A stretch of 64,000 bases of DNA, from positions 531,683 through 595,682 of the forward strand of contig CAVVML010000018.1 in the NCBI GenBank assembly GCA_963749265.1, written 5' to 3'. The position numbers were made by a program, and so were the translations under genes. The DNA is from an uncultured Acidobacteriota bacterium. GTDB taxonomy: Bacteria > Acidobacteriota > Thermoanaerobaculia > UBA5066 > Gp7-AA6. Each line of letters starts with the position of its first letter. Within the stretch, counting starts at the first letter, position 1. Positions 63,246-64,000 of the stretch are shown piece by piece. The notes under the pieces were generated by a model. That model was not told the origin of the DNA, did no database searches, and saw only the letters and a program-made list of their open reading frames with translations.

Positions 63246-63778
63246 CTCGCCCAGGCCCCGTCGATCTTGAAGTACTCCTCTTTGTAGCCGAGGTAGTTGA
63301 GGTGGTAGTGGCGGAGGTCGGCGACCTCGGCCTCCGAGAGCTCGCGCACCTTCCGCGCCGGCGCTCCCAGCCAGAGCGTCCGAGGCGGCACGATGGTCCG
63401 CGGCGTGACGAGGGCCCCCGCCCCGATGAAAGCGGACTCGCCGACGTCGGCGCCGTCCATCACGGTGGCCCGGATGCCGATGAGCGCTCCGCGCCGGACG
63501 GTCGCTCCGTGCACGATCGCGCCGTGGCCGAGGGTGACTTCTTCTTCGAGGATCGTAGGGTGCGTGCCCTGCGTGACGTGGATCGCGCAGTTGTCCTGGA
63601 TGTTGGAGCGCGCGCCGATCCGGATGAAGTGGCAGTCGCCGCGGACGACCGAGTTGTACCAGACCGACACGTCGTCCCCGAGCACGACGTCACCGATGAC
63701 GGCGGCCGTCTCGGCGAGATAGACCCGCTCTCCGAGCCGCGGCCGCTTTCCGGCGTATTCCTTGACGATTCCCATCCC
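63242..63778 (-). CDS. Gamma-class carbonic anhydrase / hexapeptide-repeat (CaiE/PaaY/YrdA) family protein.
   Basis: MGMGIVKEYAGKRPRLGERVYLAETAAVIGDVVLGDDVSVWYNSVVRGDCHFIRIGARSNIQDNCAIHVTQG...LGHGAIVHGATVRRGALIGIRATVMDGADVGESAFIGAGALVTP is a left-handed beta-helix with the His ligands of gamma-carbonic anhydrase. Confidence 0.85.
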   Translation of the reverse strand, partial: GMGIVKEYAGKRPRLGERVYLAETAAVIGDVVLGDDVSVWYNSVVRGDCHFIRIGARSNIQDNCAIHVTQGTHPTILEEEVTLGHGAIVHGATVRRGALIGIRATVMDGADVGESAFIGAGALVTPRTIVPPRTLWLGAPARKVRELSEAEVADLRHYHLNYLGYKEEYFKIDGAWAR

Positions 63779-64000
63779 CATGAAGCCGGGCAATTTAGCA
63801 CGGTTTCCGAGCTCGGCCGGCGGCCAGGGCCAGGCTCCCGCGCGCAGGAGCCGCGGCGGATCGACGGTCGCGTCGACGAGCGTCGAGGGCAGGCCTCCGG
63901 CCGTCCATCCGCCGTCCACGAGGACGTCGATCTCGTTCTCGAAGAGCTCCACGACCTCTCCGGGATCGACGCGCGCCCGCTGGCCGGAGGGATTCGCGCT
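63779..64000 (-). CDS. C-terminal end of an L-threonylcarbamoyladenylate synthase (TsaC/YrdC/Sua5-like) gene that begins beyond the right edge of the window.
   Basis: ...ELFENEIDVLVDGGWTAGGLPSTLVDATVDPPRLLRAGAWP matches the YrdC-domain C-terminus (IDxxxDGG...STVVD...P.LLR.G). It lies in the same frame as the downstream gamma-carbonic anhydrase with no intervening stop. This is either a frameshift artefact or a fusion. Confidence 0.6.

Overview
This is a high-GC (~70%) bacterial chromosomal segment made up almost entirely of housekeeping genes, and I found no CRISPR array, mobile element or recognisable defence system. A VWA protein of the VWFA-related acidobacterial type points to Acidobacteriota as the likely source. 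The genes I can support from the sequence are as follows.

- **Left end to 11 kb.** alaS (partial), recX, pilT and ilvE are followed by a Firmicutes-style heat-shock operon on the minus strand: hrcA-grpE-dnaK-dnaJ-prmA-rsmE. An imperfect CIRCE operator sits upstream of hrcA.
- **11 to 22.5 kb.** A DUF2520 oxidoreductase is followed by an MglA-like Ras GTPase carrying an unusual C-terminal extension, then an MltD-like lytic transglycosylase, comM/yifB, an M23 peptidase, secA and guaB.
- **22.5 to 35 kb.** The genes here are rarA, a TPR membrane protein, carD, an aminotransferase, a large secreted protein of unknown family with an adjacent sulfotransferase, a quinone oxidoreductase, the flotillin-nfeD pair and a GT-C-like membrane protein.
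- **35 to 46 kb.** This stretch holds a small lipoprotein and tRNA-Leu(CAA). After these comes a sigma54-activator-like response regulator with a degenerate ATPase, then ubiD, an asparaginase, tlpA and a beta-barrel outer-membrane protein. The last genes in the stretch are tsaE, nnr, a DUF2064 glycosyltransferase and the VWA protein.
- **46 kb to the right end.** A TPR lipoprotein-tonB-exbB-exbD-exbD cluster and an H+-pyrophosphatase occupy 46 to 51.5 kb. From 51.6 kb the minus strand carries hemW, an unassigned protein, ribE-ribD, ftsY, a second TPR lipoprotein and an HD-GYP membrane sensor. The window closes with aroB, aspS, hisS, a gamma-carbonic anhydrase and the 3' end of a tsaC/yrdC-like gene.

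The dominant technical feature is pervasive single-nucleotide frameshifting, roughly one per kb. It splits secA, dnaK, aspS, hisS, hppA, comM, ubiD and many other genes across reading frames. It is most likely uncorrected assembly or sequencing indels rather than pseudogenisation. Gene calls here were therefore made by reading homology across frames, and many boundaries are approximate.

The candidates most worth a second look are:
- the MglA-like GTPase fused to a novel C-terminal domain;
- the pseudo-enhancer-binding response regulator with palindromic boxes upstream;
- the GTTGAG/CTCAAC hexamer-repeat hairpins, one between dnaK and dnaJ and one between guaB and rarA;
- the large unassigned secreted protein beside a sulfotransferase;
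- a paired ~50-bp intergenic direct repeat.
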